A stretch of 63,706 nt of DNA, counting the filler, from Chiloscyllium plagiosum (taxonomy: Eukaryota): assembly GCF_004010195.1 (NCBI RefSeq). It is 4 parts of one record of this genome, joined end to end, with 100 filler letters (N's around TTAATTAATTAA, not from the genome) between each part and the next. Parts side by side here need not be neighbours in the genome. Positions count along the whole stretch, not along the records: positions 15,434 to 28,535 come from NC_057717.1; positions 28,636 to 56,516 come from NC_057717.1; 2 more parts are not named here. The stretch is one strand, 5' to 3'. Every line of letters begins with the position of its first letter. Within the stretch, counting starts at the first letter, position 1. The translations under genes were made by a program, and so were the position numbers. Positions 27,400-40,524 of the stretch are shown piece by piece. The notes under the pieces are model-generated. The model did not search any database, had not been told where the DNA came from, and was given only the letters and a program-made list of their open reading frames with translations.

Positions 27400-28535
27400 A
27401 AAACTCATTTACATAAATGACAAAATCCATTAGATCATTGTGGTACATTGCTGGTCACAGGCCTCCGGTCCAAATAAAATATGCAGCACCAGCATTACCT
27501 TCATCTCTTACCTTTGAGCGAATTATCTACAACTCTCCCTGTATTCCATGTGATCTAACCATGTTTAACAGTTTACCACGCAGAACATTTTTGAATGCCC
27601 TAGTAAAGTCCATATTCTATTCCACAGTTCTATTTTTGTGCCTTTACCATTCTTATTCGTCACTTCTTCAATAAACTAAATCAAATTAGTGAGACAAAAT
27701 TTCCCACACGCAAAGTCATGTTGACTAACGCTAATCGGAATTTACCTTTTCAAACAAAAGTAAATCCTGTCCCTCAGAATCCCCTCCAACAACTTACCCA
27801 CCAATGACATCAGACCCACCGGTCTATAGTTTCCTCACTTTCCCTTACCAACTGTTCTTAAACAATGGCACAACCTTACCTGTGGCTGTACATGATAAAA
27901 ATATCTCAGCCAGATATACAACAATGGCTTCCCTAGCTTCCCATCAGATTCTCGGGTACACTTGATCAGGTCATAGAACACAGAACAGTGCAGCACAGTA
28001 CGGGCCCTTGAGCAGTTGATGTTGTGCCAGCAGTTTCTCCTACTCTAAGATCAGACTAACCTATGTGCCCTTTATTTTGCTAACTTCCAAGTGCCTATCC
28101 TAGAGTCACATAAAAGATCCGAGGGAGTTATGCACCTTAATGCATTTTAAGACGGCCAGCTCCTCATCATCTGTAACATGGACACTTTTCAAGATATCAC
28201 CATTCATTTCCCCAAGTTCTCTCCCTTCCATATCCTTCTCCACAGTAAATACTGATGCAAAATATTTATGTAGTATCTCACCAATCTCCAGTAATTCCAC
28301 ACATAGGTCACTTTGCTGATCTTTAAAGGGCCCTGTCCTCTCCCGAGTTACTCTTTTGACCTCAATGTATTGGTAGATTCTCTTTGGATTGTCCCTTACC
28401 TTATTTTCGAAAGGTGTTTTATGCCCCCAGTTTACCTCCTGATTTCCCTCTTGAGTATTAGCCTTCAGCCCTGGTACTCCTCGATGGATGTACTCGATCC
28501 CTACTGTCTGTACCTATCATATACTTCCGTCTTTT
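27400..28535 (-). mobile_element. CR1 LINE fragments (several, nested)
   Basis: Minus-strand EIGEILHKYFASVFTVE; CR1 3' tail (CATAGAACACAGAACAGTGCAGCACAG) near 27972. Confidence 0.8.
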
Positions 28536-28579
28536 NNNNNNNNNNNNNNNNNNNNNNNNNNNNNNNNNNNNNNNNNNNN

Positions 28580-28591
28580 TTAATTAATTAA
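28580..28591. other. Artificial scaffold linker
   Basis: TTAATTAATTAA in N run. Confidence 0.95.
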
Positions 28592-29605
28592 NNNNNNNNN
28601 NNNNNNNNNNNNNNNNNNNNNNNNNNNNNNNNNNNGTTGGTGTCCCTGGTAAGTCTCAATGTTAAGTCATTAATTTTATAAATAATGATTGACTGTAATA
28701 CTGTCCTTTCATTGACTCTATTATCATTGTCTCTGGTATTGTTCCTGCTGAGACTCTAAATCGAGATGTTCACTTTACAAGCCACTACTAACTGCAGCAA
28801 TGAACTTGTTAATTCACTCTCTCCCTCATTGCTTCTGGCACTGTTACGCATGGGTCTCTATGTTGACCTGTCCAGTTTTAACTGTGAAACATGATTTATT
28901 TTATCACTGCCCTTGCTGTTTAAATATTGAAAGCATTGAGGTCACTATGCTCTGTTCTGCTTACAGATTGAATTGCGTTCCTCTGACTACATCCCATCCC
29001 CGGCCATAGTGAGGCTGAGATACACTGGCATAGTCTACCCAGCTCCCCATGCTGAGCAGATAGTCCAGCTTACTGTGCAATACACTGGCACGGTCTGCAC
29101 AGCTNNNNNNNNNNNNNNNNNNNNNNNNNNNNNNNNNNNNNNNNNNNNNNNNNNNNNNNNNNNNNNNNNNNNNNNNNNNNNNNNNNNNNNNNNNNNNNNN
29201 NNNNNNNNNNNNNNNNNNNNNNNNNNNNNNNNNNNNNNNNNNNNNNNNNNNNNNNNNNNNNNNNNNNNNNNNNNNNNNNNNNNNNNNNNNNNNNNNNNNN
29301 NNNNNNNNNNNNNNNNNNNNNNNNNNNNNNNNNNNNNNNNNNNNNNNNNNNNNNNNNNNNNNNNNNNNNNNNNNNNNNNNNNNNNNNNNNNNNNNNNNNN
29401 NNNNNNNNNNNNNNNNNNNNNNNNNNNNNNNNNNNNNNNNNNNNNNNNNNNNNNNNNNNNNNNNNNNNNNNNNNNNNNNNNNNNNNNNNNNNNNNNNNNN
29501 NNNNNNNNNNNNNNNNNNNNNNNNNNNNNNNNNNNNNNNNNNNNNNNNNNNNNNNNNNNNNNNNNNNNNNNNNNNNNNNNNNNNNNNNNNNNNNNNNNNN
29601 NNNNT

Positions 29606-29913
29606 TTCCGATAGGAAGGTGACCAGAATTGCACGCTCTCTTCCAACAGTCGTCAAACCAATGTCCTGTACAGCCGCAACATGACGTCCCAACTCCTGTA
29701 CTCAACACTCTGACAAAAAAAGGAAAGCATACCAAACGCCTTCTTCACTATCCTATCTACCTGCGACTCCACTTTCAAGGAGCTATGAACCTGCACTCCA
29801 AGGTCTCTTTGTTCAGCAACACTCCCTCGGACCTTAGCATTAAGTGTATAAGTCCTGCTAAGATTTGCTTTCCCAAAGTGCAGCACTTCGCATGTATCTG
29901 AATTAAACTCCAT
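29606..29913 (-). mobile_element. CR1 LINE fragment
   Basis: MEFNSDTCEVLHFGKAN...EQRDLGVQVHSSLK...LRLYRTLV. Confidence 0.92.
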
Positions 29914-30919
29914 CACTCCTTTCCTTTTTTTTAAATCATGTTTTTTAGTTAATCAGAATGCTTAAATCACAATAAAACAATAGTGTTAGTTCCCATTATC
30001 GTTCTACTTCTGCCACTATGGTTTTTCATAATTCTACTTAATATTATTCGACTGTCACTATTAGGTATTCTACTGCCACCTGTGCTACAATGAATTTCCA
30101 TCACAGACTAACCTGTCATGATTAGATACATAGCTAGCCCATCTATCACAAAGTTTCCCTGTTCCAAGCTAACTACTGATTAGATATTTAATGCCATATC
30201 TTTCCGTCTTTCAAGCAGGCTGACTGAACTATCAATTAATTATTTAAAGTCATGTCCTTAGTATGTATTGTCACGACTTGTCCCAAACTGCCATGATGAT
30301 ATTGAGTAGGCGAGACTGACTTTACTAATTGTTTTTATCTCAGCCTGCCATAGTAACCTTTCAGTCCAGTCTGACTCTGCTAATTGGTTTAGGAGCCTTC
30401 CACTATTCCTATCCCATTCTGCCACACTGGCTCCATCCTGCCCCAATAACCTTTTGACGAGTGTAACATTCCCCAGACCCCATGTAACAGATCGCCCTTC
30501 CCATGCTTTCATGCTCTGTATTATCTGTACAGTGTTCGGTTCTTTCATCAGACATCTGTTTAACATCACCCCACTTTCCAGTTCCTGGTCCTTATCCATG
30601 TGTGCTCTAGCTTCTCAAGTATTCGGCTAAATACTCCTGAAATATTTTGCTGACTCATACCTTTACCACACGGTTCACACAGTGAATTCCAAATAAACAG
30701 CTTTCTAAGAGTGAAAACGCTCTTCCTAAGTCTCGTCTGAGCACCCTCTCCCTTGTGTTTAACGGAAAATCCCTGGTTGTTAACTCTTCCCATAAGAAGT
30801 TTGTTCCTGTTACATATACCGATCCCCTTCATGTGCACCTTAATCACTTCCTCACTCAGCCTTCTCCACTCTCAGATAAAGAGCCTGAGCAGAGCTCGTC
30901 TTTCTTCACCATGGCGGTA

Positions 30920-31139
30920 GTGTCATGCTGGAAAAGTACAGCAGGTCAGGCAGCATCCGAGGAGCGGGAGAATCTTCGTTTCTGGCATAAGTCTTTCATC
31001 AGGAATGAGTCTTGTGGGTGGGGCTGGGAAATAAATTGGAGGGGTTTGGAGTTGGGTGCAAGGCAGCTGGGAAAGCAAATGGTGGATCAAGGCAGGGGAG
31101 GAGGTGATGAGGAGGTGATATGTCAGACGGGGAGGGATG
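30920..31139 (-). mobile_element. Penelope-like 3' end fragment with degenerate hammerhead (cut by gap)
   Basis: Homologous to 52210-52450. Confidence 0.8.
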
Positions 31140-31782
31140 NNNNNNNNNNNNNNNNNNNNNNNNNNNNNNNNNNNNNNNNNNNNNNNNNNNNNNNNNNNNN
31201 NNNNNNNNNNNNNNNNNNNNNNNNNNNNNNNNNNNNNNNNNNNNNNNNNNNNNNNNNNNNNNNNNNNNNNNNNNNNNNNNNNNNNNNNNNNNNNNNNNNN
31301 NNNNNNNNNNNNNNNNNNNNNNNNNNNNNNNNNNNNNNNNNNNNNNNNNNNNNNNNCCCACTCAATCTTTTTAAATCCGCATTTATGATCCACCTACGAA
31401 AATAGAAACTGCTCCAAAAGCTCACCGAGTCAGGCAGCATCAGTGGAGAGAAATCAGAGAAGCATTGCTAATTAAAAACAGTTCTGAGGAAGGGTCTGTT
31501 GACCTGAAATGGTCATTCCGTTTTCCCCGAGCTGCAATTCTGACTTTTGTCTCTGATTTACAACACTTACAGTCCATTTAGATTTTGTTTGCCATTGACC
31601 CGAATTGCACACCTTTGCACTGTGGGAAGGTATCGGAACAGCCAGAGGAAACTCACAAGGAAGAGAGAGAGCATGAGAGTGCAAACTCCACACAGTCAGT
31701 CAAACAAGTCTGGAATCGAATGCCTTTTTCTGGCGTGGAAAGGTGCAGTTCTACCCACTGAGCTATCCCAATATGCAAGCAT

Positions 31783-31843
31783 TCACCCTGGAAGTGAATT
31801 GAACCTGATCTCACGCAGTGACAGGCGGTGGTACTATCCAGGA
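31783..31843 (-). pseudogene. tRNA-Asp(GTC) remnant
   Basis: Minus strand ...CCGCCTGTCACTGCGTGAGATCAGGTTCAATTC... vs vertebrate tRNA-Asp CCGCCTGTCACGCGGGAGACCGGGGTTCGATTC. Confidence 0.65.
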
Positions 31844-32712
31844 ATTTTATGCAAAACGAAGCCTATTTGGTATTGCTGGAAATTAACATTCGCTTAATTA
31901 TCTGAACACTTCTTAAAATCACTTGGCCTATAGCCTCGTCTGACTTGGCATCACAAAATTCACATCTGAATACTTCTGAAAGTTATGAGGATTCCTGCCT
32001 CTCCAACCTTTGCATGCACTGACGTCCAGTTTTCAACCAACCGCTGTTTCAAAACATTTGTCTGCGCATTCACTCAAATGTTCCCTATGCCACCCTACCC
32101 CTCCCCCCGTGATCGATCTCACCATCAAAGAGAAACGTTTATTTCAGTCTACACCATCCATATTCCTGATTTTTTGTACATCTCAATCATATCTCCTCTC
32201 AATTTCTTCTGCTATAAGAAAAAACTCCTCCAGACTATACAATTTCTCTTTATAATTGAAACTCTTCTACCCAGACAATATCCTGATAAATCTGTCCTGC
32301 ATCATTTCCAGTGCTATCATATCCGTGGTATCATGCGAATTGCAGAACTGCACACAATAGACTAGATAGAGCCAAATGAGCAAGTGAAATAAATGATGTA
32401 GAAGTCCACAGAAAGAGGTACTTTCAAATAAATTTTCTTTTCCTCACTGCTACCCTGGGTCCTTTTCCTGAGCCTGATGTTCCAATAATCTATGGTCCAT
32501 GTTGTAAAAGCTGCTAGATGAGAAATGATCTCACAACCACGGTACAGAAATGGAATGATTGGTTTGAAAGTGAGGACGTGGTTCTTATATGATGGTACAG
32601 AGGCCCATGAAATGCCAAAGCTGGGAGTGTTCCTGGTCAAACGCGGGGAGGAAGGGCATATTTGTCTTCGTTTATTAGATTATTAAGATACAACAGCAGC
32701 ATTAACCCGCAC

Positions 32713-32784
32713 TGCAGATTGGCTCAGCGGAAGTGTGCTGGAGTCTTAAGCGAGAGGTCGATTAATTGAAAGCATTCTCTGAAA
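32713..32784 (+). pseudogene. Initiator tRNA-Met pseudogene
   Basis: TGCAGATTGGCTCAGCGGAAGTGTGCTGGAGTCTTAAGCGAGAGGTCGATTAATTGAAAGCATTCTCTG aligns without gaps to vertebrate tRNA-iMet (AGCAGAGTGGCGCAGCGGAAGCGTGCTGGGCCCATAACCCAGAGGTCGATGGATCGAAACCATCCTCTGCTA); anticodon mutated CAT to CTT. Confidence 0.85.
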
Positions 32785-33006
32785 ATTTCCTTAGCAATGT
32801 GCTGTTTTGTCACTTTGACAGTAAGAGCTGTTTTTGATCACATCGTCTCAAAATCAGCCTTTTGCTCCCAGTAAACACTCCAACCCAGCGTATATCTTTT
32901 ATTCCAACACAGCCGCATGTCATATTCGAATTCCCTCGGTGATAATTGGAATTGACAATGTCATTCTCTGAGATGTAGCAATGTAGCATGAAGTTGGTCG
33001 TGTAGG

Positions 33007-33927
33007 GAACACAGAAGAACAGAGAAAACAGAAAATTTACAGCCCAAGAACAGACCCTTTGGACGTCGAAGCCTGAGCTGATCCACTGTCAAAACCTATT
33101 ACCCAATTCCAAACCATCTGTATCCTTCTGCACCCCATCTACTCATGCATCTGTCCAGAGGCACCTGAAATGAATCTACCGTGCTTGCCTCTACTACCTC
33201 TGCTGGCAACACTATCCAAGTACTTACCACCCTCTGTGTAAAATACTTCCAACGTCGAACTCTCTTAAACCTTTCACCTCTCACCTAGAATGTGTGACAT
33301 CTCATTATTAAATCCCTCACCTTGGGAAGAAGCTTATCTCTATCCACCCTGGCTATACCCTTCATGATTTTGTAGATGTCAATCAGGTCCCCCTCAATCT
33401 TGTTTTCTTTAATGAAAACAAACATTACCTACTCAACCTCTCTTCAGAACTAGCACCTTCCATACCAGGCAACACCCTCATAAACCTTCTCTGCACTCTT
33501 TCATAAACGTGCACATCGTTTTGGTAATTTAGCGACCAGAACAGTACACAACATTCTAAATGCGGTTGAACCAAAATCTTGTACAATTTTAGCATGCAGG
33601 CTCTTATGCTCAATGCACCGTCCAGTGAAGGCCAGCACGTCATATGCCTTCTTGTCCACTCAATCCACCTATGCAGCTACATTCAGGGTACAAAGGATCT
33701 GAACTCCCAGATCGTTCTGCTCATCAACTTTTCCCAAGGCCCTTCCGTTTACAGTAGTCTTCGCTCGAGAATTAGACTTCCCAAAATGCATTACCTCACA
33801 TTTGTCTGGATTCAACTCCATCGGACAATTCTCTGCTCAACTCTGTTGTCTATCTATATTCTCCTTCATTCTTTGACAGTCCCCTATGCTTTCTGCTACT
33901 CCACCAACCTTCGTGTCATCTGCAAAT
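33007..33927 (-). mobile_element. CR1 LINE 3' portion
   Basis: From FADDTK (CTTCGTGTCATCTGCAAA) through LYKILVQPHLECC and YFTQRVVSTW to the 3' tail. Confidence 0.92.
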
Positions 33928-34259
33928 GTAATGGCTATATTTGGGCCATCAACCCTTGGAGACTGGAGCATGGCAGCTGGTAGTAATTAGATTTGATGAA
34001 TAAAATCTGGCATATCAACCCGCTCAGAGAAAGAGTGACAAAAAGTTTTAATTTGCTGAAAACTCATTCTTTCATTTCCTTTCAAACTGGAAATCTGCCG
34101 TCCTTAACAAGACCAGCAAATATATGTCTCCAGTCGCACAATAGTACGGTTCACCCATTAATTCCCTCTAACTCAGGTCAAGGAGAGTTAAGGTTGAACA
34201 ACAAGTGCTGTTTAGACTATGATGGTCACACTCCGTGGGAGAATAAGGAAGGATACAAA

Positions 34260-34530
34260 AGACACATGGATGACAGGGATAATTGGGAGTTAACTCAGCA
34301 TGGACTCAAATTCAACTGCTTATCCAAACTAAACAGACACAAGGATACCCACGCCGCAATGAAGTCAGGTCCATGTGGGCGGGGTCTGCAGGAAGGGATT
34401 CAATTACCCGCTGAAGTGTGAACTCACTTGCTCAGTCACAACTTGGACAGGTCGTTCACCACTCCCACATGTGAAAGGAATCAGTCAGGAGACCAACCTG
34501 TTGAGTCACCATCAGGTTTACAAATGATAG
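34260..34530 (+). pseudogene. C2H2 zinc-finger gene remnant
   Basis: Frame-shifted FNCLSKLNRHKDTH / GVCRKGFNYP / EV*THLLSHNLDRSFTTPTCER resembling Kruppel fingers and linkers. Confidence 0.7.
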
Positions 34531-37500
34531 CAAGGGTCCGATTCTGCTGTTATTGCAGGTGTTCATCCCATCCAGCAATGAACCATGCTTGGATGCCTTT
34601 TTTCAGTGGAGTACCACTGTTTCCTGATGTAGATCAATAATTCAATCTTAGTTGTCGTGGAAGTTTACAGACGATGCAACAATTGTTCGTGTAGTTGACT
34701 GTGATGAATAATATCAGGGATCGCAGGGATGTATCAATGAGGTGGAAGGGAAAAACGGCGAATGGAATTTGTCCAGACCAATAAGTGGTAATGCATTTGG
34801 GGAGTTGAAACAATAACAGTGAGGATTCTGAGTGGTGTACAGGAACAAAGAGATCTTGGAGTGGACATTCAGAGATCTCTGAAGATTGTTGGACAGGGAG
34901 ATCAGTTGTTCGAGAGGGTTTTTGGATATTTTCTGTTGTTGACCAGAGGCTGAGGATGATATTCGATCTTTAGCAACCGCCAGTTTAGGAAGCAACTAAA
35001 GAAATGATCAGAATTCTGGTAAATGCAATAATCAATATTTTTAAAAATTGTACAATAAAAGATGGAGGGCTGAAGTATAGCTCTTTGCCCATCAAGACCG
35101 CTTCACCACTCAATGAATTTACCACTGATTCCTCTCCAAGTCATGCTGGTATGTACCTTGGAGGGTAATTTGTAAATGGTGACGTTTCAGGCATCTTCAC
35201 CCTTGTCCTTATTGTCAGTACAGTTTTTGAGCTTTGAATGTTCTGTCAACAAAGCCTGGATGACTTACACCAGTGAATCTTCTTGGTGGTGCGCTCTGCT
35301 GCAATTGTGCCTCAGCAGTTAAGGGGATAAATATTCAGGTATCGAAGAATGTACAGTTAAGTGACTGCATTGTCGTGGAGGGTGTCCAGTTCCCTCAGTG
35401 GTATCGAAGCTGCACCCACCTAGGCAAATGGAGAGTTCTGTTAAACATCTAGTTTGTGAGTTGTGGACGATGAAGGCTTCACTGAGACAAGAGTTGAGTT
35501 AATAATCAAACAAAGTCGACCAACGGACATGTTTTTGTCGTCAACTTCTTTATACGGGCGGTCAGGTTGCATTTCTCCTACATACTAGCTCCCAGGACGA
35601 TTACACGGAGGAATTCAGTTACAATGAAGCCATTGAATGTCAATCGATTTGATTAGACTCTCATTTGTCAGAGTTATCATTGCTGCATTTGGTCCTTCTG
35701 TGGATCAATCCGATTCCAATCGTTTGCAGATTTTAAGTTCCAATTCCCGTCTGCGCCTGAAATTTCAACCCGCTTCCTCGCCAAAATTTCTCCACCTGTC
35801 TTCAAAATATGTAAGGACGCTGTGAAGGACAGCAGAGATTTACTAACGTGTTCCTAACACTGTATAAAATGGAGCTTCGTTGCACGATTGGTTAGGCTGG
35901 GATTATTCTCCTTCAGACAGGGGAGGTGGAGGGGAGCTCTATAATCACACAATAACATTTATAAACGTTCAATATTCATGGGTCTTGACAGGGGAGATAC
36001 AGGTAGGTGGCTTGCCTATGCCGTGAGGAGAGCATCAGATGACATAATCTCAGAATTAGATATTGCCTCTTTAATTCAGAAATGAGGAGTAATTTCTTTG
36101 CTCAGGGGCCATAGAGTCTGTGGCATTTTTGCTGCAACTAGTTGGGTACTTTCAGGCTGTGTCAGATAGTTAATCAGAAAGATGATGAAACTTTGTCGAG
36201 GTAAGTGAGCAGACAGGAGTTGAAAACTATCAGATCAACCATGAGTTCGTTGAATGTTGGGGCGGACTCACATCTTAGACAGTGGGAGGAAACCGGAGCA
36301 AACCCACAGGAGGAATGTGCAAACCACACCTGAGGCTCAAATCGAACCTGAGACGGTGGTACCGTGAGGCAACAGGGCTAACCATTGAGCCACTGGGCCA
36401 TTTATAATGCTTTTGGTGGAATATTATGACAAATCTTTCAAAATCCAGGGTTTTGGAACCGAATCGAATTCAGGTGCACACGTTCACGGAATGTCTTTAC
36501 ATTTAAAGCCTGGACATTATTTCCCCGCGGCTTCCAACCAACTAAACCCCACCCATACTCCTTTACCTAGCTACACACTGTCTCTCCTTGTGAAATTTAT
36601 TCCTTGTGTGTCACCAAATGTGCCTTTCCAAATGCTTTGAAAAACAGATTCAAAGTGACAGAGATTCTGCTCTCATCATTTCTTTGTCCTTCAAAGTTTT
36701 ATCAAAGGTTTTGAATGCCGATGTTAAGATTTTTATTTACTTGAAAGAGGAAATTTTCCACCTATTTACTCTGTCCAAACATTTCATTACGTGAAAAAAC
36801 CCCAATAAGTCTTCCTTGGTTCAGGGATAACTGTTCTAAATTTTCCAAGAAAACAAGTGAATAAAATCTCATCCGTAGTAAACCCCGTCAGCATCGTCTG
36901 TTATGGCTTTACATCCCAGTAAACACCGCCATTATCCTCTCCGATAGAATCATAGAATCTTACAGTGCAGAAAGAGCATTTCAGTCAATCGATCCAGTTT
37001 CCACTTTCTGAAGAGCATCTCACCCAGACCTATGTCCCCGCCCTATTCCCTTATATTTCACCTGAAGAAGGGGCATCCCTCTCCTATATGATGTCAAATA
37101 AACCTGTTGGACGATAAACTGGCGTCCTCTGAATTCTGACCTTGTCCCCGAGTTACCCATGGCTAAGTCACTGAACGTACTTAATTCTCTCCCTGGACAC
37201 AAGAGGGCAATTTAACTTGGCCAATCAACCTAAGCCTCAGACTGAACAGCAGTTCGTGCTGCGGGATATGTTTCTGCAATAATATTTGGATACTTCTACC
37301 CTGTTTCTCCCTCAGCTTCCTGCTTCCAGTAGACATTTCAATCCGGAAAAAAAACTCTGTCAAATAGTTTTCATTCCAACACAAGATGCAGTTTGCAGAA
37401 ATCACATATTTGCACTTTCACTGAAACTCTGCCTCCCTGCAGCTGCAACCTTGGTACAGGCGGCACTGTCCTTCCTGTGACATGCCCCATCGAGAATGGA

Positions 37501-37560
37501 AGGACAAGTATCAATACTCGCACTTGGGAACGGGGCGACAGTTTTAAAATATTTACACTG

Positions 37561-37610
37561 TCCCCAGCGTAGAATTGAGCCCTGTGACAGGCAGGGACAC
37601 TACCGAAGAC
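37561..37610 (-). pseudogene. tRNA-Asp(GTC) remnant with internal deletions
   Basis: Minus strand GTCTTCGGTAGTGTCCCTGCCTGTCAC-AGGGCTCAATTCTACGCTGGGGA; paralog of 45036-45096. Confidence 0.65.
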
Positions 37611-39869
37611 AAGTGTGTTAAAGGAGGTCATTCAGCCAATTGTGGCCGCACTTGTCAAAAACAACTGCTTAATGAACTGAATCCCATTTCCCAATGTTTA
37701 TCCCACAGCCTAATATATCTTGGCATCACAAGTTCACATCTGAATTTTTATTCAGGTCGTAAAGGTTTCTGCCGCTCTGAACAATGCAGACATTGTATTC
37801 CAAATTCCAATCCCGCAGCTGGCTAATAAAGCTTTTCCGCACATCTTCTCAAACCATTCTGCCTTGCTCCTTAAATCTGTGGCCCCTGCTGATCGATCTC
37901 TCCATCAGTGGGAAACTCGTTCAGTCATCCCTGTCCATACCCTAACTCAATCATGTCTTCTCTCCATCTCCTTTGCACTGCGACAAACAGTCCACTCTGT
38001 CCTGTCTTTCTTCACAACTGAAACTCTTCAGCCCAAACAGTATCCCGGTAAATATCTCCTGCAATTTTCTCAGTGTGATCACATGCCTGCGATAATGTGA
38101 CTGGCAAAACTGCACAAAAAACTTTTGCTTGAACCTTATGAGCATTTGTTTTAAAATTTCTGTATTAGTATGAGGGCGATTATGACTAGGCAGAATTTAT
38201 TACCCATTCCGAATTGCCCAAAGGGCAGTTGAGACTCAACCATCCTGATATGAGTCTGAAATCACATGCAGGCCAGATCAAGAAAGGATAGCCGACTCCA
38301 CCGCAAAATGCCATCTTTGAAACAGATATTTTTTCAACAATTGTCAATGGATCTATAGTAGTCAATAGATTCTTCATTGCAGATGTTTAATGAATCAAAT
38401 TTTAAAATCTTAGCATGATGGGATTCAAGCCCGTGTACCCAGACTATTAGCTCGGTCTCTGGATTATCAGTACGATGAAATTGACACAAGACCATCGCAG
38501 AAACCACAAAAGATGATCTTTATGAATAAAATATCTTTTCCCCAAAACTGCCCTGCGTCCTTTTCATGAGCCTGAGCCTCCAATTATCTCTGGCCTATGT
38601 CAGCATAAGCTGCTACATGGGGGTTGATGTCGCAACCGCGGTATCCAAATGGATCGACTTGTTTGGGCGTCCCGCTGGTGGGATGGGGCAACTTCACGCA
38701 ACAACAGTGACCGCAGCAGCAGCACAGACAAAACAACATCAGTGTGAAAGAGAGTGATAGATTGTGCATTGTCTCAGAGAAATGGGGGGAGGGATGGAAA
38801 GGAGGATTAATGATCGTGGGAAGGAGAGGAATCTCCGACAACGGGTCTGTTTGAATCCTGATATATGAAACGCAGAGATGTAAGAGAGCGGAATTTGAAG
38901 GTAAAACAATTAATTTCTTAGCATGTGTCACAAAAAGAACAACGGAGAGAACACTTNNNNNNNNNNNNNNNNNNNNNNNNNNNNNNNNNNNNNNNNNNNN
39001 NNNNNNNNNNNNNNNNNNNNNNNNNNNNNNNNNNNNNNNNNNNNNNNNNNNNNNNNNNNNNNNNNNNNNNNNNNNNNNNNNNNNNNNNNNNNNNNNNNNN
39101 NNNNNNNNNNNNNNNNNNNNNNNNNNNNNNNNNNNNNNNNNNNNNNNNNNNNNNNNNNNNNNNNNNNNNNNNNNNNNNNNNNNNNNNNNNNNNNNNNNNN
39201 NNNNNNNNNNNNNNNNNNNNNNNNNNNNNNNNNNNNNNNNNNNNNNNNNNNNNNNNNNNNNNNNNNNNNNNNNNNNNNNNNNNNNNNNNNNNNNNNNNNN
39301 NNNNNNNNNNNNNNNNNNNNNNNNNNNNNNNNNNNNNNNNNNNNNNNNNNNNNNNNNNNNNNNNNNNNNNNNNNNNNNNNNNNNNNNNNNNNNNNNNNNN
39401 ATACTATCACAGCGATTTCCGGTGCATCTTTCTAAGACAGCTGAGTGGCACAACTGGAGCGTGTTGAGCCCTTAACTTTGCAGTGGTGGGTTTAAAAGAT
39501 GATTTTGCTATTTGGATCTGTTTTTCCGACACTGGCGGTAGAAGCTATATTTGCTCATTTGCTTGCATCAGCTCAGTATCAGTTTCCTCCACACAGTCAA
39601 GATTTCAACCTGGAGAAGGTGGTGTTGGGGTGATATTTTAAACTTGTCATCATTGGCGACTGGAACACGGAAAGGGTGATGTTGACGTTCGACGAAATAA
39701 ACCTGAAATGCAAGCCTGACCTCAGCAACAGAGATCATGACCTTAAGTTCCTGCAATCTCATTCATTCATGTCTCTGATGCAGGGGATTCTCCCGTCTTC
39801 ACCCAGTCCTGCCTACGAGAGACTCCAGGACCAGAACAAAACATGAGCTGTCCCTGAATCCAAGAATCT

Positions 39870-40110
39870 CCACTGTGTGGGAAGCAGTCTAGTCGGCCCT
39901 TCCAGTCCACACATCCATCCGAAGCGCATCCCACCAGACCTCACGATATTCCCTATCCCATAAGACTGCATTTTCCATTTTTGATCCCTGCAACTGGCAC
40001 ATCTTAGGTCAGAGGGAGAAATAAAAGCACAAACACACAGAGGATGTGCAGAGTGCCCACAGACAGTCGCCCGAGGCTGGGATCGCACCCGGGTTTGTGG
40101 TGCAGCCAGA
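39870..40110 (-). mobile_element. Diverged HE1/V-SINE-like fragment
   Basis: CACAGACAGTCGCCCGAGGCTGGGATCGCACCCGGG is the reverse complement of the HE1 head. Confidence 0.75.
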
Positions 40111-40189
40111 CAGCAACGAACGAGGGGCGAAGAAAAAATGTTGTCCTGACCAGTCATACTCACACCCTGTGGGTGAATGAGAAACAATG

Positions 40190-40460
40190 AAAACACATTC
40201 ACAACATGGAAAACGGGATTTGTATCTATGTGGACACAATTTGAAAGGATCGTTCACCCTGGGTTGAAAAAAGGACGCTGATACCGCAGAGAAAGCAGCG
40301 CAATGTGGGAACTGCTGGAAGGGATTCAATTAACCACAGAAATGGAAACTCATTTAATCAGTAACACTGGGGAGAAACCGTTCAGCAGTCCCGTGTGTGG
40401 GAAGGGATCACTGAGCAAAACAACCTCCGGAGACTCCAGCAGGATTACATATCCCATCAG
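40190..40460 (+). pseudogene. C2H2 zinc-finger gene remnant
   Basis: EKAAQCGNCWKGFN*P, frameshift, then EMETHLISNTGEKPFSSPVCGKG (TGEKPF linker). Confidence 0.85.
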
Positions 40461-40524
40461 GTGTTCGATTATGCTGTCAATGTTGCTGCTAATCCCAACC
40501 AGCTATTTGTTCCATAGCGTCAAT

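Larger units (their letters stand above)
34260..39463 (+). repeat. Old inverted segmental duplication, left arm
   Basis: Blocks match in reverse complement and colinearly: 34.3k/51.7k, 35.4-36.2k/48.2-49.0k, 36.4-36.8k/46.0-46.4k, 37.37-38.1k/44.57-45.3k, 39409-39463/42181-42235. Confidence 0.85.
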
